64,000 nt of DNA from Balamuthia mandrillaris (Eukaryota): contig JAVKOQ020000013.1 in NCBI GenBank assembly GCA_031835245.2, positions 62,001 through 126,000 on the forward strand. The letters are read 5' to 3'. The notes beneath the pieces were generated by a model, which did no database searches, was not told the origin of the DNA, and was given only the letters and a program-made list of their open reading frames with translations. A program made the translations under genes and the position numbers. Below, piece by piece: positions 38,954 to 50,193 of this stretch. Every line of letters starts with the position of its first letter. Within the stretch, counting starts at the first letter, position 1.

Positions 38954-39361
38954 AAGCTGATTCTTTTTAAAAAAATAAATTTGGGTTTGAAGGTGGGCTT
39001 CAAGATGTTTCTTGGCGTCTCGGCTCAAGTGCCGCCAGGGAGCTGGAGCGCAGACGGCAACGAGTTCAGCCTAGTCCTAGAGGACAACCCTCTCACCGAG
39101 TTTGTGGAGCTGCCCGAAGAGTACTCGGCCTTGTGGTACTCTAACATCCTTTGTGGCGTCATTCGTGGAGCCCTTGAGATGGTTTGTTTGCTTTGCCGAG
39201 CTGTGTTTTTGTCCTCTCTCAAACTCATTTGTAATGCTGCAACACAGGTGCAAATGGACGTGGAGTGCAAGCAAACACGGTGCACGCTGAAAGGGGATGA
39301 CGCCACGGAGCTTCGAGTCTTTTTCAAGGGCATGATCAAAGACGAGGCACCTGCCTTCTAG
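38413..39361 (+). CDS. TRAPPC3: TRAPP complex subunit BET3/TRAPPC3, multi-exon
   Basis: MSAKQKGEEAFKRLDKI|NAELFTLTYGSIVMQLIKD...M|GYNIGVRLVEEFLAKS...AK|VGFKMFLG...DNPLTEFVELP...LWYSNILCGVIRGALEM|VQM...LKGDDATELRV. Confidence 0.96.
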
Positions 39362-39489
39362 TCTCTGATTTTATGCTTCAATGTAACACGCAACAAACAA
39401 AAAACATCGTTAGACATAAGGTTCTTCTTCATTCTCCATTCTTTCTATTCTTTTTCTTTCTTTTATTTGCTGCATGGGGATAGTGCTAG

Positions 39490-40251
39490 TTACACTGAGT
39501 TGAAAGTAAGTAGCTCTACGTCATCGTATTCATCATCGCTGCAGTTGCTCGATGAAGAAGAAGCTGAAGAAAAGCCCCCATCGGCAGTCGTAGTTGCAGC
39601 AGCAGGAACGGCTGTAGCCGCGACACTGCTATCCTCAAAGTTGTGCAGAGGGTGTTGATGCTGATGTAAGAGAGCGCTGTTATCATTCGAAGTAGAGGTG
39701 GAATCTAATGGAGCACCAACGAGAGCACCGCCGCCACCACCGACATTATCACTAGCAGTGGTGTTTGCGGCCGCACCGCCGTTCCAGCATCGCGGATCAC
39801 GAGAGGGAGACGAAGGCAAAGGAAATGCAGGAGACGGCGCCTTTCTTCTCTTCTTGCGTTGGATGTAGAGCTCGAGCAGGTACAGCCCCACGAAGCAAAG
39901 GCCCAGCAGCACTACGATAGTTGGCAACGCTATGGTGATGACGAGGAAGGCTATGTTACTGCCACTACTCTCCCTCTCTCCATACTCCCCATGACGCTGA
40001 TGCGGTGGCGATGATACCTCTCGTAGGGAACGCAGACCTCCTGCTTCTCCTCCATAATCTCCTTTCCCGTCATCATGTTGGAAGGCCATGCAGGACCATG
40101 CGGAGGAAGAGGAAAACGTGGTGAAGGAGGAGAGGGCCGCTATCATCATCAACAGCATGAGAACCACCGTGTTCGTTGCGATCATGCCCATCATCGTTAT
40201 CGTCATCATCATCATCGTCGTTAGTATCGTCCTCTTTCTCGCCATTCCCAT
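39490..40251 (-). CDS. Hypothetical single-pass membrane protein (N-terminal hydrophobic leader, one TM, Ser/acidic tail)
   Basis: Single ORF. Met/Thr-rich hydrophobic N-terminus, TM IAFLVITIALPTIVVLLGLCFVGLYLL followed by the basic stop-transfer QRKKRRK. No family recognised. Confidence 0.6.
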   Translation of the reverse strand: MGMARKRTILTTMMMMTITMMGMIATNTVVLMLLMMIAALSSFTTFSSSSAWSCMAFQHDDGKGDYGGEAGGLRSLREVSSPPHQRHGEYGERESSGSNIAFLVITIALPTIVVLLGLCFVGLYLLELYIQRKKRRKAPSPAFPLPSSPSRDPRCWNGGAAANTTASDNVGGGGGALVGAPLDSTSTSNDNSALLHQHQHPLHNFEDSSVAATAVPAAATTTADGGFSSASSSSSNCSDDEYDDVELLTFNSV

Positions 40252-40259
40252 CGCCCCAA

Positions 40260-40290
<31 letters not shown>

Positions 40291-40716
40291 ACTGCTTTCT
40301 TGCTTGGTCGCTGATGATGTTAACGGTTCCTTCTCGTTCTGCAAAGTAGTGGCAAAAAACAAAAAAAGGTCTCAGGAGGAGGAGGAAGAAGCGAAGGCGG
40401 AGGCGGAGGAAGAGGAAGTGGGAATGGGCCATAGGGAAAAGTGAGGAGTGAAACGAGAGAAAGTTGGTGGGTAGCCCTCAGCATTATCATTTTGCTCTGT
40501 GAATGAAATGAGCGCCAGGGTGAGCTTGTTGGGTGGTGGGTGGTGGGGCTGAGAGAGAACTCACCCTTCTTGGCTGCTGGCCTTGTCCGTCATTTGTGTT
40601 GGTCGATGGGGATGGGGGTTGGAGGAAAGGCTGCTGTTTCCTTTGAGGCCTCCTCCTCCTCCTCAAACCCTCCGCACGTCCTCGGTTCCACCACTTTCAA
40701 CTCACAAAAAATAAGA

Positions 40717-40754
<38 letters not shown>

Positions 40755-41102
40755 CAACCAACAGGCAAAACTACACCCACCCACACACCAACGATGAAGA
40801 TGAGGCCAAGCAGCGACATAGATGGCGTGGGTGTTATTTGGTTTCCAACACAGCAAGCAGGGGCTCACCCGCACCGGGTTTAATAATGAAGGCTTAATGA
40901 ACCCTGCACAGCGCCATAAAGAAGAAGAGAGAGTGCGCGAGTGCACATAAAAACAAGTCTGCTGCCATCTCTCTATCTCTATCTCTGGGCTGTGAGGGGT
41001 GGTGAGCCTGTGTGACAGCGACACAAGGAATCTCTCTTCTTCTTCCTCCCCCTCCCCCATCGTTCTGTTCAAGCACAACAGCAGAGAGGACACACCAACA
41101 CA

Positions 41103-41340
41103 ATGCAACAACGGCTGCGGAAGATGACGCGGCGGCTTCAGGGCTCTGCCGGGGGTGCTGGCGGTGGTGGCGGCCCTGCGGAGGGGAGCGGGGGTGGCGG
41201 CGGCGGCGGCTCGCGAGGCAGGTCTGGCAGCATCTACGACCGCCCCGTGCCTCAACCATCCGTTACAACCGAGGCCAGGCCCCCCGAGTTCAAGATTGTG
41301 CGCACTGCCTCCTCCTTCTTTGTCATCTTCTGTCCCCCTC

Positions 41341-41383
<43 letters not shown>

Positions 41384-41611
41384 TGCTTCTCTCTTCTTGG
41401 CTCTCTGTGGTGCCCTCCTTTTTTCTTCCTTTATCATTTTTTTTTTCGGTTTCTTCAACTCAACGTAATGGATGGGCACCATTTGCAGTTGGTGGTCGGC
41501 TCTGCGGAGGTAAATAAGGATCAGTTCATCCTTCAGTTCGTGAAGAACGAGGTGGTACGCTACCAACAGCTCGAACGTTCTGCCATGGGCATTGGTTGGC
41601 TTCTCTCTCTC

Positions 41612-41647
<36 letters not shown>

Positions 41648-41926
41648 TCTCTCTTCCTCTCTCTTCCTCTCTTCCTCTCTCTCTTCCTCTCTCTCTTCCT
41701 CTCTCTCTCTCAGTTAAAGTTTTGATTTCCTCTTAGAGGATGGATGGTTGAAGTTGTTGACGTCGTCCTGTTCTTCTTGTTGTGTTGTGTTCTGCAGATT
41801 TTTATGCAAACTGGAAGAAGCGCGTGGATGTCGATGGGAAGAGCTATATACTGGACTTGCACGATTGTCCCTCCTCTGTCGACTCCAATTCAGACAGCAC
41901 AGGTGCATTAATAGACGAGGTCCGTT

Positions 41927-41965
<39 letters not shown>

Positions 41966-44900
41966 ATACCAAGAACTCATTCGCTACCCAACAAACTCAA
42001 AAGCTCATACGCACAGCCGATGGCTTCATATTTATCTACAGCATAAACTCAAGAGAAAGCTTTCAGGACGCTCTTCTCAGTAGGGGCTATGCGCAGAGAG
42101 CACGCGCCGAGGGCACTCCCTTGCCTATGATCCTAGTCGGTAAAGATGCGTCGCAGGCAAAGCCACCGCAAGCCAACAACTCTGCTGCTCCCTCTCCAAT
42201 ATCTCCATTCTCACAGCCTCCTCGCCGCGTTTCAGTATTTGTTCATCCATTACTACCACAAACGTTCCATCCGACAACTGCCTTACCTTCGCCAGCAAGA
42301 GAGCAAAGAGGACGAACTGTTGGACCCGCTCCTGCTGTTGACCTGCGACAAGTAGATAGAGATGAAGGAAGAAGAGCTGCTCTCAACTTTGAATGTCCCT
42401 TTCGAGAAATCCCAACGTTCGTTCCTGAGGAATCTGCCAGCTGCTTCCTTACACTCGTCAAAGAGATTGTACGGTATAAACAGCTGCAACAACAGGCTGC
42501 AGAGGGAGGAACGAAACTCAATCCTTCGCGAGCAACAACGCAGGCTGCCAAGGAGGCACGCAAATCCAAGTTTCGCTTTACGGTGATGAATATGGAGGAC
42601 ATCAAGTTTGAACAAGTACAAAATTCCACACAACAGCCTCGCATCATTGCTGCCAGCATTATGCGAGTGGTGGAACGAATTACCTACGAGAAGTACCCCT
42701 GTATGACCTCCTCCTTTCTTTCTAATGTCTTAAGCCGAGAAGCTTCTTATCTGAACGTTTCCATTTGCTTTTATGCAGACCCTGCCCTTACAGCCAGTTT
42801 TCTACTTACGTACCGAAGCTTTATAACACCTTCTGAGTTTATGGAGCTACTGTTCGAGCGTTATATGATAGCACCCTCACCAGGCATGCGACCCTTAGAT
42901 GCTCAGTCTTTTGTAGCTACTGTACAAACTCCCGTACGACTTCGGTACTAATCCTAGCTCATCTCACGCTTCTCTCTCGCTTCTCTCTCCCAAGAGCTTT
43001 CTGTACGTTTACTCATCGTAATGCTACTATTGTTCAGAGTCTTCAATGTATTGCGGCTTTGGGTTCTTCATCACTTTTATGACTTTGAAGAAGATACCCA
43101 ATTAATGGCGACTCTTCAACAATTCATTGTATGCATTACGGTTTCTTCATAATCTTGTTAAGTTGTTGTCTAACTGTCGACTTAATTGGTACATTCAAAA
43201 AGGATGGTCCTATGAAAGCACACAGTCCGTCATGCGGTGAACAATTAGATAATCTGATCCAACGTCAAGTAAACTTGCTTTCTCTCTCTCTCTCTCTCTC
43301 TCTCATTCTCACCCTAAAAAAAATTACAGCTTGTGAAGCGGAGCAAACAACGGGAGCTGATGTTTGATGTACCGCCTCCCAAACCCATATTACCAAAGAA
43401 GCGGCTTACTCTGGGCGAGTTCAATTTCTTGGACTTACACCCGTTAGAGGTAGCGCGACAACTTACGTTGATTGATCACAAGTACTATAAAGCCATTACA
43501 CCCAATGAGTGCCTGCTTTGGCATAAACTAAGAAGCTCGGAAGAAAAGAAGAAAATATGCCCGAATGTCAGCGAAATGATTAACCGTTTTAATAGGGTCT
43601 CTCCCTCTCTTGTTCCTTCTCCCTTCTTCTGGTTTCATACAGTGCCTCATACTTAAGTTTATAGGGAAGCTTGTTTGTACGAGCTGAAGTGGTTTTATTA
43701 GAAAAAGCGAAAGCTAGAGCCAGTTGTATTTCACGTTGGATACAGGTTGCACAGGTTAGAGCTCTCTCTCTCTCTCTCTCTCCCTTGTTATTTCTCCCAC
43801 TTAAATTTGTTTCCATTCAATACAGGCATGTCTCTCTTTGAACAACTTCAATGGTACCATGATGATTGTTAGTGCTCTGGAGGATACTGCCATATATCGC
43901 TTGAAAAAAAGTTGGAAACTGGTATCGAAAAAAGCGGTACAGTGCTATGAGGACATTAAAGTGGTGGTGGAGGCCAGAGGCGGCTACCCTAACCTCCGTG
44001 CTGCTTTAAAGAACCGAACTGGTCCCCTTATCCCGTACCTCGGTACTTCCCTCTCTGTTTCTGTTTTTTGTTTATGTTCTTTTGTCAAATATGGATTCTC
44101 TTGGCTTTTTCTTATGTTGAGTTTTGGATAATAGGGTTGTTTCTCTCTGACTTGCTGGTATTAGATGATACTATGCCAGACTATTCAGATGAACACGCCC
44201 TACTCATCAACATCGAGAAATGTGAACGAGTGGCAAAAGTGATACACAACCTGCAGGCTTGGCAACAAAGTCCCTATTGCCTTACCTCAGTGCCTGCAAT
44301 AGGTAACTTTCCTTTCCGTTCAGTTCTCTCTTCAAGTTGATTCTTACAGTTTTGTGATACCTCCACTTAAACAGAGGCATATTTATCAGAAGATGTACCA
44401 TACGAAGAACAGGAATTATATAGAATGTCGTGTAAAGTAGAGCCCACAGATTCAAGACCAGCACCAACTGCCCCATCATCACCCTCATCTGGCAGTGCCT
44501 CTGCACCTTCCACACTATCCCGAAAAACTGTTGTCTTCCAAAACGAGACGAAAGCCAAAACGATCGCTGCTGTACCTCAGCGCACCACCGTAGCCTCCAA
44601 CACCATCTTTGCGTCACCATCTACAACGTCAAACACAACCACGGTGAGCACCTCGGCGTCCTCTCCAGCTGTACCCGTCCGACCGCATCGTCCTACTCCA
44701 CCAATGCTTAGCGCTCCTTCTCGTTCCACTTCCACGAGCACTCTGGAAGACCTCTCCAAAGTGCGCCATTCCAATTGGCCCTCCTCGAATCTTTCATGTT
44801 CTCTGGGCTCTCTTCCTCCGCTTCCGCAATTGCCGCGGGCGAAGCAGACTGTTACTTCGTCTACTCCTCCCCCAATTCCTCCTTCCTCTTCAAAACCTCG

Positions 44901-47354
44901 CTCGTTGTCAGGAGCAAATACCGCGAATAATTCCGTTCATAAACAAGTGCCCACATCAGCTCCACAATCTCCTGTACGGCTTCCTGCTGCATCGCCAACT
45001 TTAACAGCTCAAACTCGTGCATCACCTCCAATTCCTTCTTCTCCAGTTCTTTCGTCTTCTCCCCAAACCCCTCCCAGAAGTAATCGGCCTACCCTTACTT
45101 CTTCAACTGGGGGATTACCTACTCTATCCTCTCTTCCTCCCGTTTCTTCTCTCCCTCCGCTTCCTCCTCTCCCAACTGAATCTGATGTCACATCATCAGT
45201 ATTGCCGACAGCATTACCACCTTTGCCAAGCACCGAATTCTCTTCATACTTTTCTCCAACGGATAAACGTCGGTCTGGTGGGAATAGGGTGGCCACGCTG
45301 CCAGCTAGAGTTAATCACGAGAAGCCCGCTCCTCCTTCAAGAGCGGGTAAGGCTACCTTCTACTCCGAACAACAATTATCCTCGATTGCCACGGTACCCA
45401 CCGCCACTACTACTCCTGCTGTGCAACATCCTTTTCGTCAGTCCTCGTCCTCAGAACCCAACAGAGCTAGAGCAGAAGCCATCAGTGTCAGTACCAATAA
45501 CGATGGGCAAGGTGGCGGTGGTTTCCTCCTCAACAAGGCTAGAAAGCCTTTGGCCAAGAATTTCGAGGATATAGTGGGTCAAGTAGAGCGGTTGGCCGCC
45601 AACTTGCGAGGAGAGGCTTTGAGCAAAGCTATACAAGAATGGTTGGAACGATGGGACAAATCAGAGGCTGTTGTATCTCAAGGTGGGCACAGTCCCTTCA
45701 AGCGAGCCTTGCTCCACAGCACGGCCTTAGAGGCCATCTTGAAGCTCCTTCTCACTTCGGAGGGACTGGAGAGAAAAGATGCCACCAACGAAGCCGCCTT
45801 TCAGCTGCTCTCGCGAACGTTGGTCGGGCGACAGCTCTTCATCAAAGACGTTTGTACGTTTGTGACTCGGCTGACTGCCAACTCAGAGTTGAGCAGCATT
45901 CTGAAGGCACAAGAGGGAGGAGAAGCCTCAGCAGGCCTCAAAGAGGCTCTAGTGGCTGTGATTGCCGCATTTAAGCTTCAGCCCTTGGACTTGGAATTAC
46001 TGGAAGACCTGACTGAGTCCAATCAGAGAGCAACGGAGATAATGCTCTCCCTACAGGAAAAGGAGGACATGGAAGGCGCTCACTCCCTTCACATCAACGA
46101 GGAGAAGATTGAACTGAGCTTCCGTCTCGTATTGACCGAGGAGAGCATTACCGATATCATTCGTAAGCTCCGCTCGGTGGATCCCGCAGGAACAAGACAG
46201 ACCATAACTTACCATCCGCAACTCTTCTCACAGCTGGAGGAAGCCATCACCCTTTGCAGAAAGGAGAAGCCGCTTCGTCCCGAAACGTTGGAATTACTAA
46301 AAGAGTTTTTCACCTTCTTCCAAGCTCGTCTTCGCGCTCAAGCTTCCGAGGACGAAACCAATCTCAGCGACAGCCTTCGCTCTGTGGCCGAGGACCAATT
46401 GGACAGTTTGGACCTCCACGTGCAACAGCTTTGGGACCAAATGTATCTTTTGCATCGTCGCGTGATGAAGCTTCACCATCTAACTCAGAGCTCACCAACA
46501 ACACAATCCCCAACGGAGAGTCCACAGTACCAATTGCAGGTCGAGCAAGCAAACGCGGAGAATCTACAGATGACACGCAAATTACTGAGCAGAATAGACC
46601 TCATTGAAGGCAAGCTCAACTCCTTTGTCGTCTACTACGAAGGCCTCATCAACGGAAACTTGAACCTTGCTGGCATCGGGCCTCACGAAGCGCCCAGCAG
46701 GCGAAGCAGTTATGCCATTCAGGAAGCCCTTTTGGCCAGCAACACGGAGTTAGGCAACAGCGGCCAGGTCATCCCGCGCGGTGGCAGCAGACGCCAGCGA
46801 TCCAGACAACGAACCATCCTGGAGGCCTCACCCTCCGTCTCCGAAACCATTCGTGGCGTCTATGCCAACTTGTTGCGTCTCAGAAACCTACAGAGAACTC
46901 TGGAAGCAAAGCTCTCCCCACAAGCGCTTGTCTCGTCAGGCAAACTGATGACCAACAATGCTGACGAGGAAGAAGAGGACGATACCGACTTTTTCGATGA
47001 TATCAACGCTAATACTTTGCCGTCTTCCTCTCTCAACAATAACAACAAGAACAACAGTCGTTCAACATTTTTGGATGAAGGCGACGACCTTGCGGATTGG
47101 CTCTCTTCCTATGACGATAGCTCTCCTTCCTCCACTCACCCTTCCATAACATCAAGGGAAGGAAGTGAACTTTTGCATTCACCCAAAGCAACCAAAGTTG
47201 GCGCTCGTAGTTGGAGATCAAGCGCTCCTCCTTCAAGACATAAGGCCAGGGACTCTCCTTCTTTCGTGGGTAAGCGCAGAACGTTCTCGCCAGGTGCCGC
47301 CCAGCTTCCTTTGGATGCCACTGCCGACGATACTTCTACCGGCACCATTACTTG

Positions 47355-47355
<1 letters not shown>
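41103..47355 (+). CDS. Large RasGEF with an N-terminal degenerate Ras-like GTPase domain, REM, CDC25, Pro/Ser-rich linker and a helical C-terminal region, multi-exon
   Basis: Ras-like: [22 protein letters not shown]...[17 protein letters not shown]...[19 protein letters not shown]...PMILVG...[12 protein letters not shown]...[20 protein letters not shown]...[12 protein letters not shown]...DF. CDC25: [13 protein letters not shown]...[13 protein letters not shown]...IYRLKKSW...IPYLG|LFLSDL...INIEK. Final exon is ORF 44425..47355. Confidence 0.88.
41600..41712. repeat. Intronic CT / CTCTTCCT pyrimidine repeat
   Basis: Seen directly. Confidence 0.85.
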
Positions 47356-47397
<42 letters not shown>

Positions 47398-47544
47398 ATG
47401 GATTGTAATTTTTTTAAAAAAGCTTTATTTATATGTTACAAGTAACGAACCACTTTTTTTTTGTTTCTGTCTCTCTCTTTTTTTTTTTTGCTTTCATTCG
47501 TTCATTCATACCTACAAAACAGTTTAAACAATTCACACAACAAT

Positions 47545-47585
<41 letters not shown>

Positions 47586-47592
47586 GCATAGG

Positions 47593-48528
47593 TCATTTGG
47601 TGATTTCATCGCGAGAGGAAGGAGAGCCTTTGTGCTGCGGGCTGGACAGCGAGTTCCGTTTCTTCTTGTCCTTTTCTTTGCTGGCCTTGTCCTTCTTCTT
47701 CCCGCCGTGCTGCTTCTTGTCGTTGCCCAGCGAAGGGCTGCTCGGTGCGGACTTGGAGGCACCGGCCACCTCCAACAGGTTCGGCGAGGACACGAACACG
47801 GGGTTCAGCGTGCGCGGTCGTGGTTTTCCTCCTCCTCCATCAGAAGGAGCTGCAGCATCACCAGACAATGAAGGTCCTCGTTTGCGTCCCCCCTGTGGGT
47901 CTTTTTCTTTGGAAGCGCCAGAAGCAGAACTGGTAGAGCCTCTCCGTTCTGCGAGGAGAGCGGCGGCGCCGCTGAGAGGGGCGCTGAAGTCGCCGTCCTC
48001 TATCTTCTTGTACTTGCTCTCGAACATGCAGCGCAGCTCGGCCGTCTTCCTCTCCTTCTCCTCCAGCTGCCTGCGGCGCGCCTCCCGCATGTTGTTCAGC
48101 TCCGTGGCCAGCTTCTTCTCCACCTTGCGCATCTCCTCCACCTGCAGGACGGCCCTCTCCATCTCTCTTTTGAGCTTCTTGACCTTCTCCTCCGTCCATT
48201 TGGTCTTCTCGTACTCGCCGTCCGCCATTTTGAGGTAGTAATGCTGCGTTTCTTCCTCCAGCTCCGCCGCACTCCGTCGTCTTTGTGCGCGTGTTAGTTC
48301 GCCTGCTCCTCCGTTGGAGAAGAGGGACGCGTTGTTGTTGGTTGAGGAGGAGGAGGTGCTTCCTCCTCCTCCTTCGGCGCTTCCGTTGCCTTCTTGTTGC
48401 AGCAATTTGGCCACCTCCCCGCGCAGATTCATGTGACCGCCACCACCGAGGCCACCGCCCCAGTTTCCAACGCCGCCATAGCCTCCTCTATCGCTTCTTG
48501 TTAACTTCTTGCCGCTGACGAAAGACAT
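47593..48528 (-). CDS. Hypothetical intronless coiled-coil protein with Gly-rich N-terminus and Lys/Ser-rich tail
   Basis: 311-aa ATG-initiated ORF with GC-rich third positions; central E/K/R heptad segment (EEKVKKLKREMERAVLQVEEMRKVEKKLATEL). Confidence 0.7.
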   Translation of the reverse strand: MSFVSGKKLTRSDRGGYGGVGNWGGGLGGGGHMNLRGEVAKLLQQEGNGSAEGGGGSTSSSSTNNNASLFSNGGAGELTRAQRRRSAAELEEETQHYYLKMADGEYEKTKWTEEKVKKLKREMERAVLQVEEMRKVEKKLATELNNMREARRRQLEEKERKTAELRCMFESKYKKIEDGDFSAPLSGAAALLAERRGSTSSASGASKEKDPQGGRKRGPSLSGDAAAPSDGGGGKPRPRTLNPVFVSSPNLLEVAGASKSAPSSPSLGNDKKQHGGKKKDKASKEKDKKKRNSLSSPQHKGSPSSRDEITK

Positions 48529-48645
48529 TTGGCCTTTTCTCTCACCCCCTCCGCTCTTTCTTTCTGCTGTTCAGCGGAACCTCTCACTATGGCTTTCTTT
48601 TTTTTTTTTTTGCTTTGCATTTATCATTAATTAATAGATCTTTAT

Positions 48646-48728
48646 TGTCGACATTTCAGGGACAGGAGAGAGCTCGTCTCGGACATGAGAGTGAAAGTGT
48701 TCAGGGTCGACACAAAAAGCACGTCGAC
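48646..48728. promoter_or_regulatory. Cluster of three GTCGAC palindromes in a 236-bp divergent intergenic spacer
   Basis: GTCGAC at 48647, 48706 and 48723; same motif recurs in other spacers. Regulatory role is inference. Confidence 0.45.
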
Positions 48729-48764
48729 AATATATTGTTAAAAAAAAAAAACAAAGAAGAAAAG

Positions 48765-49992
48765 ATGGACGTAACCTCAACAGCAATGGGTTCTCGTGAG
48801 GGAATCACCAGGATTGCTGTGTGCAGCGGAATAGAGGGCCTTGCTGCGATGCTTGAAGCGAGGCTTCGAGTGGAGAACATGGAGAGGGAAGTCGGTACCT
48901 CTCTCGAGGTCATAGACCTGAGCGATGAGTTCGTGAAAGGTCACGCTGGACGGGTTAAGCTGGGCGAATCTGGTGCTGAGATCCTGTTGGCTGATCCCAG
49001 TCGAGCAGCAAGCCTGTTGTTCCCTCCACTACAACAACATGGCAGTTCCACAAGTGGCGAAGAGGGAGAAACAGAAGAGCTGAGCAGCCTGAAATGGTAC
49101 CAGTCCACTTGGGCGGGAGTGGACACTTTGTTCAAGGCCATGAATAAGAGCCCTGGTACGCCTCAACCACCAAACGTTACTCTCACGAGGCTTGGAGGCG
49201 TTTTGGGGCCAGCGATGGCGGAATACGTGTTTGCCTTCATCCTTGCTCAGGAACGGCGGTTGGCCGAGTTAGCAACGGCACAACAGAACAAACAATGGGC
49301 ATCTGCTGGGTACTCCTACAGGTTTTTATTCCCGTCTTCAGCCTCTCTCTTTCTCTCTCTTCTGTTCTCTCATCATGCTTAGGCCTTTATCACAGCTTTG
49401 TTTAGGTATCATAGGGGTGGGTGACATCGGCGGAACCATCCTTCAGGTAGCCCAAAGCTTTGGAATGAGGGTGCTTGGTCTCGTTAGAGATCCCTCCAAA
49501 CATCATCAGCAGAGCTCAACTACCACCACTCGCTGTCGCTACTTTTCCTCCAGCAAACCAGACGAAATGAAAGAGTTTATGGCCAACAGCGACTACATCA
49601 TCAACGCTTTGCCGAGCACTCCACATACGACACGAATGCTCACTGCTGACTACTTCTCTTGGTGTCAACAAGAGAACGGTGACATAGCAAGGAAGAAGAG
49701 GGAGGTCTACTTCATCAACGTGGGTAGAGGAGATGTTACCACGGAAGCGGACCTATTGGAGGCACTGGAACAGGAATACATTACCGGAGCCGTGTTGGAT
49801 GTGTTCCAAGAGGAGCCCTTGCCCAAAGCTAGTCCTCTTTGGGCGCACCCCAGATGCAAGATAACTCCTCACGTAGCGGCCATATCCCGCCCTGACGACG
49901 TGGTTCATGTGTTTTGTGACAACCTTCGGAGGTACCTCCAACAAGGAGCGCCGTCCTTGCAGTACATTGTAGACTGGCGCAAGGGCTACTGA
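48765..49992 (+). CDS. D-isomer-specific 2-hydroxyacid dehydrogenase (glyoxylate/hydroxypyruvate reductase A-like), 2 exons
   Basis: WYQSTWAGVD, LGPAMAEYV, LGIIGVGDIG (Rossmann), INALPSTPHT, FINVGRG, GAVLDVFQEEPL, ITPHVAA, VDWRKGY stop. Confidence 0.92.
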
Positions 49993-50032
49993 CTGAAGCA
50001 CAACAAAAACCACCGCATGTCGACAAAATAAT

Positions 50033-50099
50033 GTCCGCAAAAAACGTATGTCTACAAATAGTGCCCCGTATTTTGTCGACAAATGTTTTTTTTGCGGAC
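50033..50099. repeat. Imperfect inverted repeat in the GhrA-GT8 spacer
   Basis: Left arm GTCCGCAAAAAACGTATGTCTACAAATA; the reverse complement of the right arm reads GTCCGCAAAAAAAACATTTGTCGACAAAATA; loop GTGCCCCG. Confidence 0.7.
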
Positions 50100-50193
50100 C
50101 GCAATAAATAAACAACTGAAAAAGTGACACGTTGAAAAAGAAAAAAAAAAGCAAAGGAACGGCAACAAAAAAAAACCAAGTGAAGAGAGGGAG

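Noticed and set aside
38413..39361. BET3 shares the V4R/H-NOX-like fold with the RasGEF sensor modules, suggesting a functional cluster
   Set aside because: BET3 is an ordinary conserved TRAPP subunit 13 kb away and lacks the Cys/Glu zinc motif; co-location is most likely chance.
41520..42490. Similar peptides [12 protein letters not shown] and [11 protein letters not shown] at both ends of the Ras-like domain (internal duplication)
   Set aside because: Too short to distinguish from chance similarity between amphipathic helices.
47597..48238. 213-aa plus-strand ORF
   Set aside because: Antisense mirror of the ATG-initiated coiled-coil gene.
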